From Patescibacteria group bacterium (GTDB lineage: Bacteria > Patescibacteriota > Minisyncoccia > Phycocordibacterales > UBA5272): a stretch of DNA of 64,000 nucleotides. This document shows, piece after piece, positions 46,999 through 57,170 of this stretch (its first letter is position 1; each line of letters opens with the position of its first letter). The notes below the pieces were generated by a model. That model was not told where the DNA came from and searched no databases. It worked only from the letters and a program-made list of their open reading frames with translations. The DNA lies in NCBI GenBank assembly GCA_030916895.1, contig JAUPVR010000001.1, positions 1,887 through 65,886 on the forward strand, read 5' to 3'. A program made the position numbers and the translations under genes.

Positions 46999-47658
46999 TT
47001 AATTTGTTAAAAATTCTATATATTGAGGTGTTGAAGATGTAGCAACTTCAAATAAAATTCTCACAGTACAAGGAACATTCGGGTTAAGATTTCCAGTTAT
47101 AGCATCATTACTCGTTGGGTAGTCTACATCTTGAACACCACAAGTTCCTTCTTGTTTGATTGGAAGAAAGCTCCGACCAAATTGGTCAACAAAGTGTATC
47201 GTGTTTATATTTAAGAATAATGGGGTTTTGGTCCTATTTTCTAGTGTGAAAACAGTATCAGCATATATACCATTACTTACAGGAGAGGTAAAATAATCAG
47301 TATAACCATAGTGAGCCTTTACAACATTACCCAAGTTATGAAATGTGGTAGCAACAGTAAATCCTTCTTCTGTGGTAATCTGCGCGCCACCTACGCGATA
47401 AGTTTTGTTGGTTTTTGCGGTTTCATCTGCTCTTAATTGTCTTTGTTTATAAACATCTTGGTCTTCACTCACCCGTATTGGAATTTTTGTAGAAGTATCT
47501 GATGGTGCCAGAATTAAATTAGCTTCAGGTTGTTGGGAATATCTGGTTTGATTTTTTTTATTATAATTATCGATTGATAAAAAGATTATGAAACTAACAA
47601 TTATCAAAACAATCAAAAGTCCAAAGACGTTAAGTATTTTTTGGCCAGCTTTTCTCAT
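46999..47658 (-). CDS. membrane-anchored extracellular protein (DUF4352-like)
   Basis: N-terminal TM followed by a beta-rich domain. Confidence 0.4.
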   Translation of the reverse strand: MRKAGQKILNVFGLLIVLIIVSFIIFLSIDNYNKKNQTRYSQQPEANLILAPSDTSTKIPIRVSEDQDVYKQRQLRADETAKTNKTYRVGGAQITTEEGFTVATTFHNLGNVVKAHYGYTDYFTSPVSNGIYADTVFTLENRTKTPLFLNINTIHFVDQFGRSFLPIKQEGTCGVQDVDYPTSNDAITGNLNPNVPCTVRILFEVATSSTPQYIEFLTN

Positions 47659-47732
47659 GAGGTTCAGTATAGTTTAATTATTTAGTTCTTCAAATATGAT
47701 CATTTACCCTATAGGTGTACACTAGGCTTAGT

Positions 47733-48032
47733 ATGAAAATAAATCCATTTTTTAACGCACTCGGCGCACTGGCTTACATTTTGCTAGTTGTTGGCATCAT
47801 TTCGGCATTGCAATCACCAAACACCCCAGATAAGGGGATACTCGCCCCAGTGTTTTTACTTAGCCTCTTTGTACTTTCCGCTGCGGTTATGGCATTCTTA
47901 TTTTTCTATCAACCGTTTAAATTGTATTTCGATAACAATAAAAAAGAAGCTTTTGTGTACTTCATGAAAACTGTCGGCTACTTTGCGTGCTACGTGGCAA
48001 TTTTTTTCGCAGTGCTTCTCTACTTGGCTTAG
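47733..48032 (+). CDS. truncated paralog of 45308..45886 (membrane module only)
   Basis: About 85% aa identity to the N-terminal 100 aa of 45308..45886; the upstream 30 nt is also conserved. Confidence 0.5.
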   Translation: MKINPFFNALGALAYILLVVGIISALQSPNTPDKGILAPVFLLSLFVLSAAVMAFLFFYQPFKLYFDNNKKEAFVYFMKTVGYFACYVAIFFAVLLYLA

Positions 48033-48066
48033 CTTTTTGATATACTAAATAAGATATACAACATAT

Positions 48067-48240
48067 ATGTCTAAATTAAATTTCTTTGTTCTCGTTGTTG
48101 CAATTAGTGCTGTGCTCTATTTAATTATTACAAAAGCAAATACTGCAATCTCAAAAGCAGAGAACACCTTTCGAAAAGAAGTCGTTACACCTGAACAACA
48201 GGCGGAAGACATTGTGGGAGAAATAAACATTTCAAGGTAA
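48067..48240 (+). CDS. possible 57-aa membrane-anchored mini-protein (below the ORF-track cutoff)
   Basis: ATG...TAA in frame encoding MSKLNFFVLVVAISAVLYLIITK...; no clear SD. Confidence 0.25.
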   Translation: MSKLNFFVLVVAISAVLYLIITKANTAISKAENTFRKEVVTPEQQAEDIVGEINISR

Positions 48241-48292
48241 CATTTCCAAGACGTAAACCTGTGGAGTTTTTCCACGGGGTTTTCTTGCCCTC

Positions 48293-48321
48293 TTGACTAT
48301 ACCCCCAGGGGGGTATATACT
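48293..48321 (+). promoter_or_regulatory. csoR promoter (ttgact-17-tatact) overlapped by a CsoR-type GC-tract palindrome
   Basis: tataccccc ag gggggtata at 48298-48317, a 9-bp inverted repeat lying between the -35 and -10 elements. Confidence 0.6.
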
Positions 48322-48330
48322 GAATGGCAT

Positions 48331-48606
48331 ATGAAATATTTAGATGATAGAGATAAATCAAAAATTATTCGCCGATTAAAGTTACTTGAGGGTCAGGTTC
48401 GCGGTCTTCAGAAGATGGTTGATGCAGATACGTACTGTATTGATATCATCACACAAACTTCTGCGGTTAAGCAGGGACTTTCAAATGTTGAAGACCTTCT
48501 TCTTGCAAATCACCTTGGCCACTGTGTGGTTCACCAGATTTCTTCTGGTCAAATTGAGAAAGCAAAAAAGGAGGTACTCACCGTTTACAAACTTAAAAGA
48601 AAATAA
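48331..48606 (+). CDS. csoR: CsoR/RcnR-family metal-sensing repressor
   Basis: 91 aa with C (YCID), H and C (HLGHC) ligand pattern of copper-sensing CsoR. Confidence 0.75.
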   Translation: MKYLDDRDKSKIIRRLKLLEGQVRGLQKMVDADTYCIDIITQTSAVKQGLSNVEDLLLANHLGHCVVHQISSGQIEKAKKEVLTVYKLKRK

Positions 48607-48636
48607 ATTAACAAAAATTATAGTCACTATACAACC

Positions 48637-49200
48637 ATGAACAACAAATCACTTTACCTTTCATCCGGTCTTTTCATTATTGGTCTCATTTTCGGTATCG
48701 GTGTTGGCTACTATCTTACTCCACAATACCAGACGTCAATGTACGAAAAAAATGCAATGACACTTGGGCGAGCCGATAGGACGTTTGACCTTCGCTATGT
48801 GAATACGATGATTTCTCATCACAGAGGAGCAATACTTCTTGCAGAACAGTTGCAAAAAAATACAGTACGCCCTGAACTTAAAGTACTTGCAGAGGAGATT
48901 TTGAAAAATGAACCTGTTGCTATTGCTGAACTCTATGCGTGGAAAAAAGAGTGGTATGGCGATACGCGTACTGTGCGTGACCCATTTGTTGCAAACTTGG
49001 GTGGAGCAGACGAGAAATTTGATCTTCGTTTTCTAAACGCAATCATTGCCCACCATGAAGCGGGTATTGAGATGACAAAAGAAACACGATTGAAGGCATC
49101 GAGGGTGGAAGTCCTTAATAATGCTGACGCGGTCGAAGCTTTTCTCAATAATGGCCTCAATATCCTTAAGGTTGCACGACAGTCTTGGTATAACATCTAA
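48637..49200 (+). CDS. DUF305-family protein (copper-associated)
   Basis: Duplicated FDLR(Y/F)...HH motifs with N-terminal TM. Confidence 0.6.
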   Translation: MNNKSLYLSSGLFIIGLIFGIGVGYYLTPQYQTSMYEKNAMTLGRADRTFDLRYVNTMISHHRGAILLAEQLQKNTVRPELKVLAEEILKNEPVAIAELYAWKKEWYGDTRTVRDPFVANLGGADEKFDLRFLNAIIAHHEAGIEMTKETRLKASRVEVLNNADAVEAFLNNGLNILKVARQSWYNI

Positions 49201-49227
49201 AATCTCCATTCCCACCAATACAAAACC

Positions 49228-51492
49228 ATGGCAAATAATATTTTTAAGGTACAGGGTATGCATTGTGCAAGTTGCGCTTCTGTCATTACAAAAAAAATTT
49301 CTAAAATTCCAGGAGTGTTTAACGTTTCCGTTAATTACGGTAACGAGAAAGCTCGTATTGATTTTGATCCAAAACAAGCAACCCCTGCACTATTTAATGA
49401 TGTAGTAAAAGAGCTCGGGTACACACTCACCTCTGAGAACATGTCATCAGAAAAAATGGAGGACGCTCACGACCATATGGGAAAAGAGAATTATTTAGAA
49501 GAGCTTGAATCAAAAGTTGCTTTTATCTTTCCTGTTTCGATTGTTATTTTTATTGCGATGATGTGGGATATTGCAGCGCGTACATTTGCATGGATACCAA
49601 ACTTGCCGATTCCGATGGAACTGTTTAATCTCATTTCGATGATTGTGGCAACGCTCGCTGTATTTTGGGTTGGTCAGCCGTACCTTGCGGGGGTTTTGCG
49701 GTTCGTTAAGTACGGAACTGCGAACATGGACACGCTTATCGGCATCGGCACACTTACGGCATATCTTTACAGTACGGTCATTACGCTTTTGCCTCAGGTT
49801 CGTATTCTCATTCAGGCGCCAGAGTACACGTATTTTGATGTCGCGATAGTCGTGATTGGTTTTGTAACGCTCGGTAAATATTTAGAGGTTCGTTCCAAGA
49901 AAAAGACAGGAGACGCAATAGAAAAACTTCTTCATCTTCAAGCGAAGAATGCGCTTGTTGTTCGTGATGGAAAAGAGGTGGAAATTGCAATTACTGAGGT
50001 CGTACACGATGATGTGATTATTGTTAAACCAGGAGCGAGGATTCCGGTTGATGGAATTATTGTAGAAGGAAGTTCGTTTCTTGATGAATCAATGATAACG
50101 GGTGAGCCGATGCCAATTGAGAAGCATGCGGGAGATGCAGTTGTTGCCGGCACATTAAACACAAGCGGAGCTTTTACGTTTAAGGCCACCAAAGTTGGAA
50201 AGGAAACTCTTCTTTCGCAGATTATTGCTATGGTTGATGAGGCACAAGGAAGTAAGGCTCCAATTGAAGCCCTCGCAGATAAAATCTCTTCGGTGTTTGT
50301 TCCGGTGGTGCTTGTGATTGCGGTTCTCTCCCTCGTTGTTTGGCTTACGATAGGCGCATCGTATCTTGGATTTTCACAAGCACTATCTCTCGGTATTCTG
50401 TCGTTTGTTAGTATTCTTGTGATTGCATGTCCTTGTGCGCTTGGACTTGCCACACCAACCGCAATTATTGTTGGTGTGGGTAAGGGGGCACAAGCAGGCA
50501 TTCTTATCAAAGATGCTTCTACTCTTGAGAAACTTCATAAGGTCAATACTGTTATTGTTGATAAAACAGGAACCATCACCAAAGGTAAACCGACACTTGT
50601 CGATATAAAGAACGATTCAGGTCGTTCCGATGATGAATTTATTTCTCTTCTTGCTTCACTTGAAAAATCGTCTGAGCATCCAATTGCACACGCGGTTGTG
50701 CAATATGCTGAAAGAAAAAATATTAGTATGCAAGAAGTGGCTGAATTCTCAATTGTCGAAGGTAAGGGGTTGAGAGGAAAAATCGGAGGTACGGAATATT
50801 TTGTTGGAAATGTAAAGTTTATAAATGAACTCTCTGTATCATTTGATGAATCAAGTATTGAAAAATATACATCGCAAGGAAAGACACCGCTTATTATTGC
50901 AACAAAAGAAAAAGTGCTCGGTTTCGCGACAGTCTCTGATGAGTTGAAGGAAGCATCTAAAGAGGCAATTGCAAATCTCCACAAGCTTGGCATAAAAGTA
51001 ATTATGCTTACAGGGGATGATGAGCGTACGGCGAAATATATTGCATCACTTGTCGGAATTGATGAAGTTGTTGCACATGTTTTACCACAAGACAAACTTG
51101 CAAAGGTAAAAGAACTCCAGGAACGCGGTCACATTGTTGCGATGGCAGGAGATGGTGTCAACGATGCTCCCGCACTCGCTCAGGCTGATGTGGGAATTGC
51201 AATGGGAACAGGAACAGATGTCGCCATCGAGTCTGCTGGTATCACGCTTTTAGGCGGAGATATTTCTAAGATTGCAAAAGCTATTTCTCTTTCGAAAATG
51301 ACAATGCTTGGAATCAAGCAGAATCTTTTCTGGGCATTCTTTTACAACGCGATTGGTATCCCACTTGCAGCGGGTGTATTTTATCCAGTTTTTGGGTGGT
51401 TGCTTAATCCGATATTTGCTGGACTTGCAATGGCTGGTTCAAGTGTTTCGGTGGTTTCTAACTCGCTTCGCATTAAGGCTAAGAAATTATAA
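49228..51492 (+). CDS. copA: copper-translocating P1B-type ATPase
   Basis: N-terminal HMA GMHCASCA, CPC in TM6, DKTGT, GDGVNDAP. Confidence 0.95.
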   Translation: MANNIFKVQGMHCASCASVITKKISKIPGVFNVSVNYGNEKARIDFDPKQATPALFNDVVKELGYTLTSENMSSEKMEDAHDHMGKENYLEELESKVAFIFPVSIVIFIAMMWDIAARTFAWIPNLPIPMELFNLISMIVATLAVFWVGQPYLAGVLRFVKYGTANMDTLIGIGTLTAYLYSTVITLLPQVRILIQAPEYTYFDVAIVVIGFVTLGKYLEVRSKKKTGDAIEKLLHLQAKNALVVRDGKEVEIAITEVVHDDVIIVKPGARIPVDGIIVEGSSFLDESMITGEPMPIEKHAGDAVVAGTLNTSGAFTFKATKVGKETLLSQIIAMVDEAQGSKAPIEALADKISSVFVPVVLVIAVLSLVVWLTIGASYLGFSQALSLGILSFVSILVIACPCALGLATPTAIIVGVGKGAQAGILIKDASTLEKLHKVNTVIVDKTGTITKGKPTLVDIKNDSGRSDDEFISLLASLEKSSEHPIAHAVVQYAERKNISMQEVAEFSIVEGKGLRGKIGGTEYFVGNVKFINELSVSFDESSIEKYTSQGKTPLIIATKEKVLGFATVSDELKEASKEAIANLHKLGIKVIMLTGDDERTAKYIASLVGIDEVVAHVLPQDKLAKVKELQERGHIVAMAGDGVNDAPALAQADVGIAMGTGTDVAIESAGITLLGGDISKIAKAISLSKMTMLGIKQNLFWAFFYNAIGIPLAAGVFYPVFGWLLNPIFAGLAMAGSSVSVVSNSLRIKAKKL

Positions 51493-51509
51493 AATTAAAA
51501 CTATACACC

Positions 51510-52547
51510 ATGTCTTCAGAACAAACAATACATACTTTTCATGTAAGCGGAATGCACTGCAACTCGTGTGTGCTCATGATTGAGGACACGCTTGGCGAAT
51601 TACCGTACATAACAAATGCTTCGTCATCGCTTAATCATAATTCTGTTACGGTTAAGGGAGATTTTGGCACAAAAACAAAAGAAGAAATTGCCCGTGAATT
51701 TACCTCTTTGCTTAAGGAAAATGGATATACGGTTTCTGTGGAAGAAAACGAGGGAACAAAAATTGTGAAGTGGTCTGAGTTTATAATCGCCATCCCTATT
51801 GCGCTATTTTTTCTTGCACTCTTTGTATTACTTCAGAAACTTGGCATTGTGAATATAATTAATGCGGACAAGGTGACGTATGGAACAGCTTTTCTTGTTG
51901 GTATTGTTGCGTCGCTCTCTACGTGCATGGCAGTTGTTGGTGGATTGTTACTTTCCATGTCGGCGACGTTTGCAAAAGAAGGGGACGCAGTAAAACCCCA
52001 AGCAATGTTTCACCTTGGTCGTATTGTTTCTTTCTTTGTCTTGGGTGGAATAATTGGTGTAATTGGTAGTGCATTTACACTAAACATTACCGCAACATTT
52101 GTTTTGAATTTTTTGGTGGGTTTTGTAATGCTTTTCTTAGGAATTAATCTCATGGATGTATTTCCGTGGGGGAAGCGATTTCAGGTGGGTATGCCTAAAT
52201 TTATTGCAAAGCGCGCACATAAAATTTCATCACTTAACCACACACTTACTCCGCTGTTGGTTGGTATTGCAACCTTTTTCCTTCCATGTGGTTTTACTCA
52301 ATCGATGCAACTTTACACGCTTACTACGGGGGGATTTGTAGAAGGTGGGCTTACTATGCTTTTCTTTGCACTTGGAACATTCCCAGTACTCGCACTTCTT
52401 AGTTTCAGTTCACTTAGTATCAGTAAAAGTAAATACGCAGGAGTATTTTTCAAAAGCGTTGGTCTCATTGTGATACTCTTTGCGCTATTCAATATTATAA
52501 ACAGTTTAGTGGCTGTTGGTATTGTGCCACCACTCTTTTCCATTTAA
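51510..52547 (+). CDS. HMA-domain fused to DsbD/CcdA-like thiol-transfer membrane protein
   Basis: GMHCNSC HMA motif plus TM Cys pair (STCMAV, LPCGF). Confidence 0.5.
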   Translation: MSSEQTIHTFHVSGMHCNSCVLMIEDTLGELPYITNASSSLNHNSVTVKGDFGTKTKEEIAREFTSLLKENGYTVSVEENEGTKIVKWSEFIIAIPIALFFLALFVLLQKLGIVNIINADKVTYGTAFLVGIVASLSTCMAVVGGLLLSMSATFAKEGDAVKPQAMFHLGRIVSFFVLGGIIGVIGSAFTLNITATFVLNFLVGFVMLFLGINLMDVFPWGKRFQVGMPKFIAKRAHKISSLNHTLTPLLVGIATFFLPCGFTQSMQLYTLTTGGFVEGGLTMLFFALGTFPVLALLSFSSLSISKSKYAGVFFKSVGLIVILFALFNIINSLVAVGIVPPLFSI

Positions 52548-52556
52548 TCTATATAT

Positions 52557-52979
52557 ATGCAATCACGGACACTCATAGCTCTCATTATCGGTTCTGTCAC
52601 CATAGGGGTTACCTATTTTATGGTAACGTATAAGAACACGATCGAAACTGAGAGTATAAACGACACACCAAAAACAGAGATAATCGATGGAAGCAATGTC
52701 GTCATGGAAGATGGCAAACAAATTATTAATTTGTTTGCAAAAGGAGGATATCAACCAAGAGTAAGTATTGCTAAGGCTGGGGTGCCAACCATACTTCGCG
52801 TTACAACGAGCAACACATTTGATTGCTCTTCAGCGCTTCGTATTCCAAGTTTGAAGATTGCAAAAAATTTACAGTATTCAGGGAGTGTTGACATTGACCT
52901 TGGTTCTCCAGAGGCGGGGGCAATCGATGGGTTGTGTAGTATGGCAATGTATCGTTTTCAACTACAATTTAAGGACTAA
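52557..52979 (+). CDS. membrane-anchored hypothetical protein in the copper cluster
   Basis: N-terminal TM followed by a beta-rich domain with 2 Cys. Confidence 0.4.
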   Translation: MQSRTLIALIIGSVTIGVTYFMVTYKNTIETESINDTPKTEIIDGSNVVMEDGKQIINLFAKGGYQPRVSIAKAGVPTILRVTTSNTFDCSSALRIPSLKIAKNLQYSGSVDIDLGSPEAGAIDGLCSMAMYRFQLQFKD

Positions 52980-53020
52980 AGAGGATTTTAGTTGATACTT
53001 TGGGTGTATAATAACTCTGT

Positions 53021-53206
53021 ATGAAACTATTTAAGCACTATACATATTCGTGGTGGCAAATTGGTGTTCTTAAGTTAAGTTTGCTTTTGCTTGGTGTTGC
53101 AATTGGTGCACAGTGGCGGGATTATTTTGTAGACTATGTTGTAATTATAGCAACAGTGGGCATCGTGCTTGCGCTTTACATGGTGTACGCTTCATTTACG
53201 CAATAA
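53021..53206 (+). CDS. small membrane protein, 61 aa
   Basis: 2 TM helices; no SD. Confidence 0.3.
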   Translation: MKLFKHYTYSWWQIGVLKLSLLLLGVAIGAQWRDYFVDYVVIIATVGIVLALYMVYASFTQ

Positions 53207-53208
53207 GA

Positions 53209-53230
53209 AATCCCCGCGTTGGCGGGGATT
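53209..53230. terminator. bidirectional terminator hairpin
   Basis: aatccccgc gttg gcggggatt. Confidence 0.65.
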
Positions 53231-53249
53231 GGGGAGGGGGGCATGTTTC

Positions 53250-53591
53250 TTACGGCTTTTGCTGTCGCTCCTGGAGGAGTTCGATGTTTTCAAGTGTAAA
53301 GGACATGGTCTCCACAAAGAGCATCTTGTTGAAAGTACCGGTCGTTCTTAGGATGATGGTACGGTTCTTGAGATGGCTCCAGTCCTTGCGGACGCGCACA
53401 TCTTCAAGCGACGCAATCGTATCCAAATCCATCACGACCTGGCCGTTGTACTCCATGGAAAGCAGTTGACGGATACTCTCCCTGGTTTCTTCACTGGGGA
53501 TATCCGTACCATTTTCCTTGAACATCAAGCGGAGGATAGACGAACCCTTCTCGGCCATGCTTTGCAGAACGGCCACAATGTAGTCTTTCAT
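53250..53591 (-). CDS. hypothetical 113-aa protein in a GC-rich island
   Basis: SD gggag 9 nt upstream, GC3-biased codons, terminator downstream. Confidence 0.5.
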   Translation of the reverse strand: MKDYIVAVLQSMAEKGSSILRLMFKENGTDIPSEETRESIRQLLSMEYNGQVVMDLDTIASLEDVRVRKDWSHLKNRTIILRTTGTFNKMLFVETMSFTLENIELLQERQQKP

Positions 53592-53682
53592 GTGTAATCT
53601 CCCGATTTAGGCACTTGAGCCGTTCTGTTTATTATAAAGTATTTTTTGTATTTTGTCAAGTAAACGGTATACTCTGTACATA

Positions 53683-53850
53683 ATGAAAACATTTAGTAAA
53701 AGAGTAATTGCTTGTGCACTTTCTATTCCGCGCGGATGTGTGAGTACGTACGGCCGGATTGCTCATGCTTCAGGTGGTAGTGATCCAGTAGTATTATTTT
53801 TTTGTTTTGAGATCTTTCACTTTCTCATGAAAGACGGTCGCCATTTTTAG
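53683..53850 (+). pseudogene. truncated ATL/MGMT-like gene fragment
   Basis: MKTFSKRVIACALSIPRGCVSTYGRIAHASGG matches the N-terminus of 59139..59477 (about 80% nt identity over ~100 nt), then diverges and overlaps the marR 3' end. Confidence 0.55.
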
Positions 53851-54249
53851 ATTCCAGTCTGTAATCAATAGTAATTCTGCCACAGTGTATCCAGAGAGGA
53901 TGTCGGGAATTTTTTTTGAAAACATTTCACGTATTGATGTTAGGTTCTTCGGGATTCCCAGAAGTTTTATGATTGTTTTTCTTCGATCATTTTTATCTGC
54001 TTCACGCTTTATGAAACCCCCATTCTCAAGTCTGTCGATCATCGCAGTAACGGCTCCGGTCGTAAGTCCGGTTGCCTTTCCAAGTTCGCCGGCTGTTGCG
54101 GAATGTACCTCACTTAAAAATTCCAGACAGCGGATGTCGGTAGGGTGTATTCCTGTGATTTCGGATACGGCATGCACAAAAAGTGCCCCAGCTCGAGTTT
54201 CTCTGTGTATTGATGATATTAGTTTTTCTGTTGCTCCTTTGCGTTTCAT
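53794..54249 (-). CDS. MarR-family transcriptional regulator
   Basis: Winged-helix core ELGKATGLTTGAVTAMIDRLE. Confidence 0.8.
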   Translation of the reverse strand: MKRKGATEKLISSIHRETRAGALFVHAVSEITGIHPTDIRCLEFLSEVHSATAGELGKATGLTTGAVTAMIDRLENGGFIKREADKNDRRKTIIKLLGIPKNLTSIREMFSKKIPDILSGYTVAELLLITDWNLKMATVFHEKVKDLKTKK

Positions 54250-54365
54250 TTAAGTTACTTTATACTAAAGTAACTTGTTTGTAAAGATATTTTATATTAT
54301 TATGAATAATAGCGGAATTGGGTGTATTGTGTTTTGAATTCTTTTACTCTATTAATTTTTTACAT

Positions 54366-55922
54366 ATGGCAATGAACAAGAAAATTTTATTTATAGTATC
54401 GGGGCTTATCGTTGTTTTTGCCGTTGGTGGTATATTTTTTATGCAACGTTTTAGTGCTACACCATACACACTTGCGGTCACGAAGAGAGGGAAGATTGTC
54501 CAGGAAGTTTCCGCAAGCGGGAAAGTTGAGTCACCCACACAAATCGATTTGCGCTTTAAAGGGAGCGGTAAACTTATTTCTCTAAATGCACGTGTTGGTG
54601 AGAAGGTGTCAGTAGGTAAACTCCTTGCCAAACAAGATACCACTCAACTTGATGCTCAGGTGAAAGAAATGCAGTCAGGAATAGATCTTCAGAGAGCAAA
54701 GTTAAATCAGCTTTTAAGTGGAGCTTCATCTGAGGATGTGACTATTTCAGAAACGGCATTGCTTAATGCTGAACAAGCACTCTTTGGTGCAAAGAAAAAC
54801 ATGATTGATAGGTTGCAAGGAGTATATACAAAATCTGATGATGCAATTCGAGCAAGGGCCGACCAACTATTTGATAACCCAAAAACATCTAACCCACAAC
54901 TAGTGTCTAGTTTTGCATATGATATGCGACTTGAGAACGAAATGGAAGCAGAGAGATTTCGTATTGAGGCTATGCTTAATGAATGGTTTGAAAATGTCGA
55001 TACCATTTTAGTGGAAAGTGATTTTATTCTTGCAACAACGCTCGCAAAAAAGAACGCCGCACAAGTAAAGGCATTTCTTACAAGTGCGGCGTTTGTGGTA
55101 AACACTCTTACACCAAATTCCAATATAAACCAAACAACAATCGACAAGTGGAAGGCTGATATTTCTACAGCACGAACTAATGTTGACACGGCTGTCTCTA
55201 ATCTCCTTGTTGCAGAGGAAAATTTACAAACAAAAGAATCAGCTTTTACGACAGCAAAGAATCAACTTGCTCTCAAGACTGCCCCAGTGCGCTCATCAGA
55301 TGTTGCTGTGTACCAGGCACAAATTGCACAAGCAGAATCCTCTCTTGCAAGAATAGAGGCCCAGAGAAGGGATTTGATAATTTACGCACCGATATCTTCT
55401 TTGGTGACAAGAGTCAGTGGTGAGGTCGGTGAGATGGTCGGAGCAGATATGGTTGTGGTATCACTTGCTACTGGGGGTGCATTACAAATACGACTGAATG
55501 TTGTTGAAGATAAAATTGTTAATGTTCGTATCGGCCAGAAGGCAAGGATTACCTTTGATGCGATTGGAGATGAGGAATTTAGTGGAAAAGTCGTTGCCAT
55601 TGACCCTGTGGAGACCATCATTGGTGGTGCGGTGTATTACCAGACAACGATATTATTTGATACGGTAGACGAACGAATTCGATCAGGAATGACGGCCAAT
55701 GTTTGGATTAATACAGCCGTTTCAGAGGAGGTCCTTTTTGTTCCAGCAAGCGCCGTGCAAAGCAATGACGGAAAAAAAATGGTGCAAACATTTTCTGATG
55801 GACGAGTGGTTAAAAAAGAAGTACACACTGGTATTGAAAATGATGCTGGAATGATTGAAATTATTTCAGGTCTTTCCGAAGGAGAACAAGTTATTCTCGG
55901 TGCTAATAAAAAGCAAAAGTAG
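54366..55922 (+). CDS. efflux membrane-fusion (HlyD/MacA-like) protein
   Basis: N-terminal TM, long coiled-coil hairpin, beta-barrel C-terminus. Confidence 0.7.
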   Translation: MAMNKKILFIVSGLIVVFAVGGIFFMQRFSATPYTLAVTKRGKIVQEVSASGKVESPTQIDLRFKGSGKLISLNARVGEKVSVGKLLAKQDTTQLDAQVKEMQSGIDLQRAKLNQLLSGASSEDVTISETALLNAEQALFGAKKNMIDRLQGVYTKSDDAIRARADQLFDNPKTSNPQLVSSFAYDMRLENEMEAERFRIEAMLNEWFENVDTILVESDFILATTLAKKNAAQVKAFLTSAAFVVNTLTPNSNINQTTIDKWKADISTARTNVDTAVSNLLVAEENLQTKESAFTTAKNQLALKTAPVRSSDVAVYQAQIAQAESSLARIEAQRRDLIIYAPISSLVTRVSGEVGEMVGADMVVVSLATGGALQIRLNVVEDKIVNVRIGQKARITFDAIGDEEFSGKVVAIDPVETIIGGAVYYQTTILFDTVDERIRSGMTANVWINTAVSEEVLFVPASAVQSNDGKKMVQTFSDGRVVKKEVHTGIENDAGMIEIISGLSEGEQVILGANKKQK

Positions 55923-55925
55923 GTC

Positions 55926-57158
55926 ATGAACGGAATTGATTTTAAAACGGCCATCTTTGTTGCTTATAAAACTATCACAAGAGGCAATAAATCTACAGCG
56001 GTTTTCACGGTCTTTATCTTGTCTCTTTCATTTTTTAATTTGATGTTTGTTTCTGGGTTTTTGAATGGGTTTTCTGATGGAATTATGCGATCAATGATAG
56101 ATAATTCAACTGCGCATATTATTGTCATGCCACAAGAGAAGCCGACCGTTAAAGAATTTATCTTGAACCAGGAGAAGGTTCGTGCCCAAATCGAAACAAT
56201 TCCAGGGGTTGTTGGAACAGCTCGGCATTATCAATTGGGGGGTTCATTCGCATATGATAAGGAAAAGATGGGTGAATTTAAGAGAGTTTCTGCGCCAGTG
56301 ATAGGTGTGACCCAGTCAGAAGAAAAGAAGATTCTCACCGTATATCAAAATATTGTTTCTGGTGAGTTTCCTGACGATCTGAAGAATGATGAAATTATAC
56401 TTGGAGCAAATCTTGCTGGCGGATTTGGGACAAAACAAACATCAGATCTCGGCGGTGCGGTTGTGGGAGATGAAGTGCAGGTGACATACTCCAACGGCAT
56501 CATTCGAACATATACGATAAAAGGAATTTTTAAGATTAGTATGGGTGGGTCGGTTGGGGGTACTGCGTTCATTTCGGCGCAGGAGGCGGAATCTGTATTG
56601 TCTGTGTATGATAACGCTTCAGAGATTATGGTACGTGTCGATCTTATTCATGGAACATTGGATGAGTATGTTGAGCAAATTGAGACAATAGTCCCAAACC
56701 TAAAAATTGAAAAATACACGAACCGTCTCAGTACTGTTGGTATCCTTGTTGATGCTTTCAATATCATTGCTGTCATTGTAACTGTTATTAGTATTATTGT
56801 TGCTGCGATAACAATCTTTGTGATGATATATGTGAACGCAGTGAATAAGCGCAGACAAATTGGCATTCTAAAAGCCATAGGTATCAAGGAAAGTATTATT
56901 GAGTTATCATATGTTTTTCAATCTCTTTTCTATGTAATTCTTGGAACCGCACTCGGGCTTGTGATTGTTTTTTCCCTTGTGGTTCCTCTGTTGCAAATAC
57001 GACCAATTCTGATGCCATTTGGAAACGCAAGTTTGGTGTATACCTTTGTCGAGATTTTTATAAACATTATTAGTCTTACCATCTCGGGAATCTTCGCAGG
57101 GTTTATTCCTGCAAAGATGGTAGCAAGACAGAATATTTTAAGATCAATCTGGGGTTAA
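55926..57158 (+). CDS. ABC transporter permease, FtsX/MacB-like
   Basis: TM1, large periplasmic loop and 3 C-terminal TMs. Confidence 0.75.
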   Translation: MNGIDFKTAIFVAYKTITRGNKSTAVFTVFILSLSFFNLMFVSGFLNGFSDGIMRSMIDNSTAHIIVMPQEKPTVKEFILNQEKVRAQIETIPGVVGTARHYQLGGSFAYDKEKMGEFKRVSAPVIGVTQSEEKKILTVYQNIVSGEFPDDLKNDEIILGANLAGGFGTKQTSDLGGAVVGDEVQVTYSNGIIRTYTIKGIFKISMGGSVGGTAFISAQEAESVLSVYDNASEIMVRVDLIHGTLDEYVEQIETIVPNLKIEKYTNRLSTVGILVDAFNIIAVIVTVISIIVAAITIFVMIYVNAVNKRRQIGILKAIGIKESIIELSYVFQSLFYVILGTALGLVIVFSLVVPLLQIRPILMPFGNASLVYTFVEIFINIISLTISGIFAGFIPAKMVARQNILRSIWG

Positions 57159-57170
57159 TAAATTAAAATT

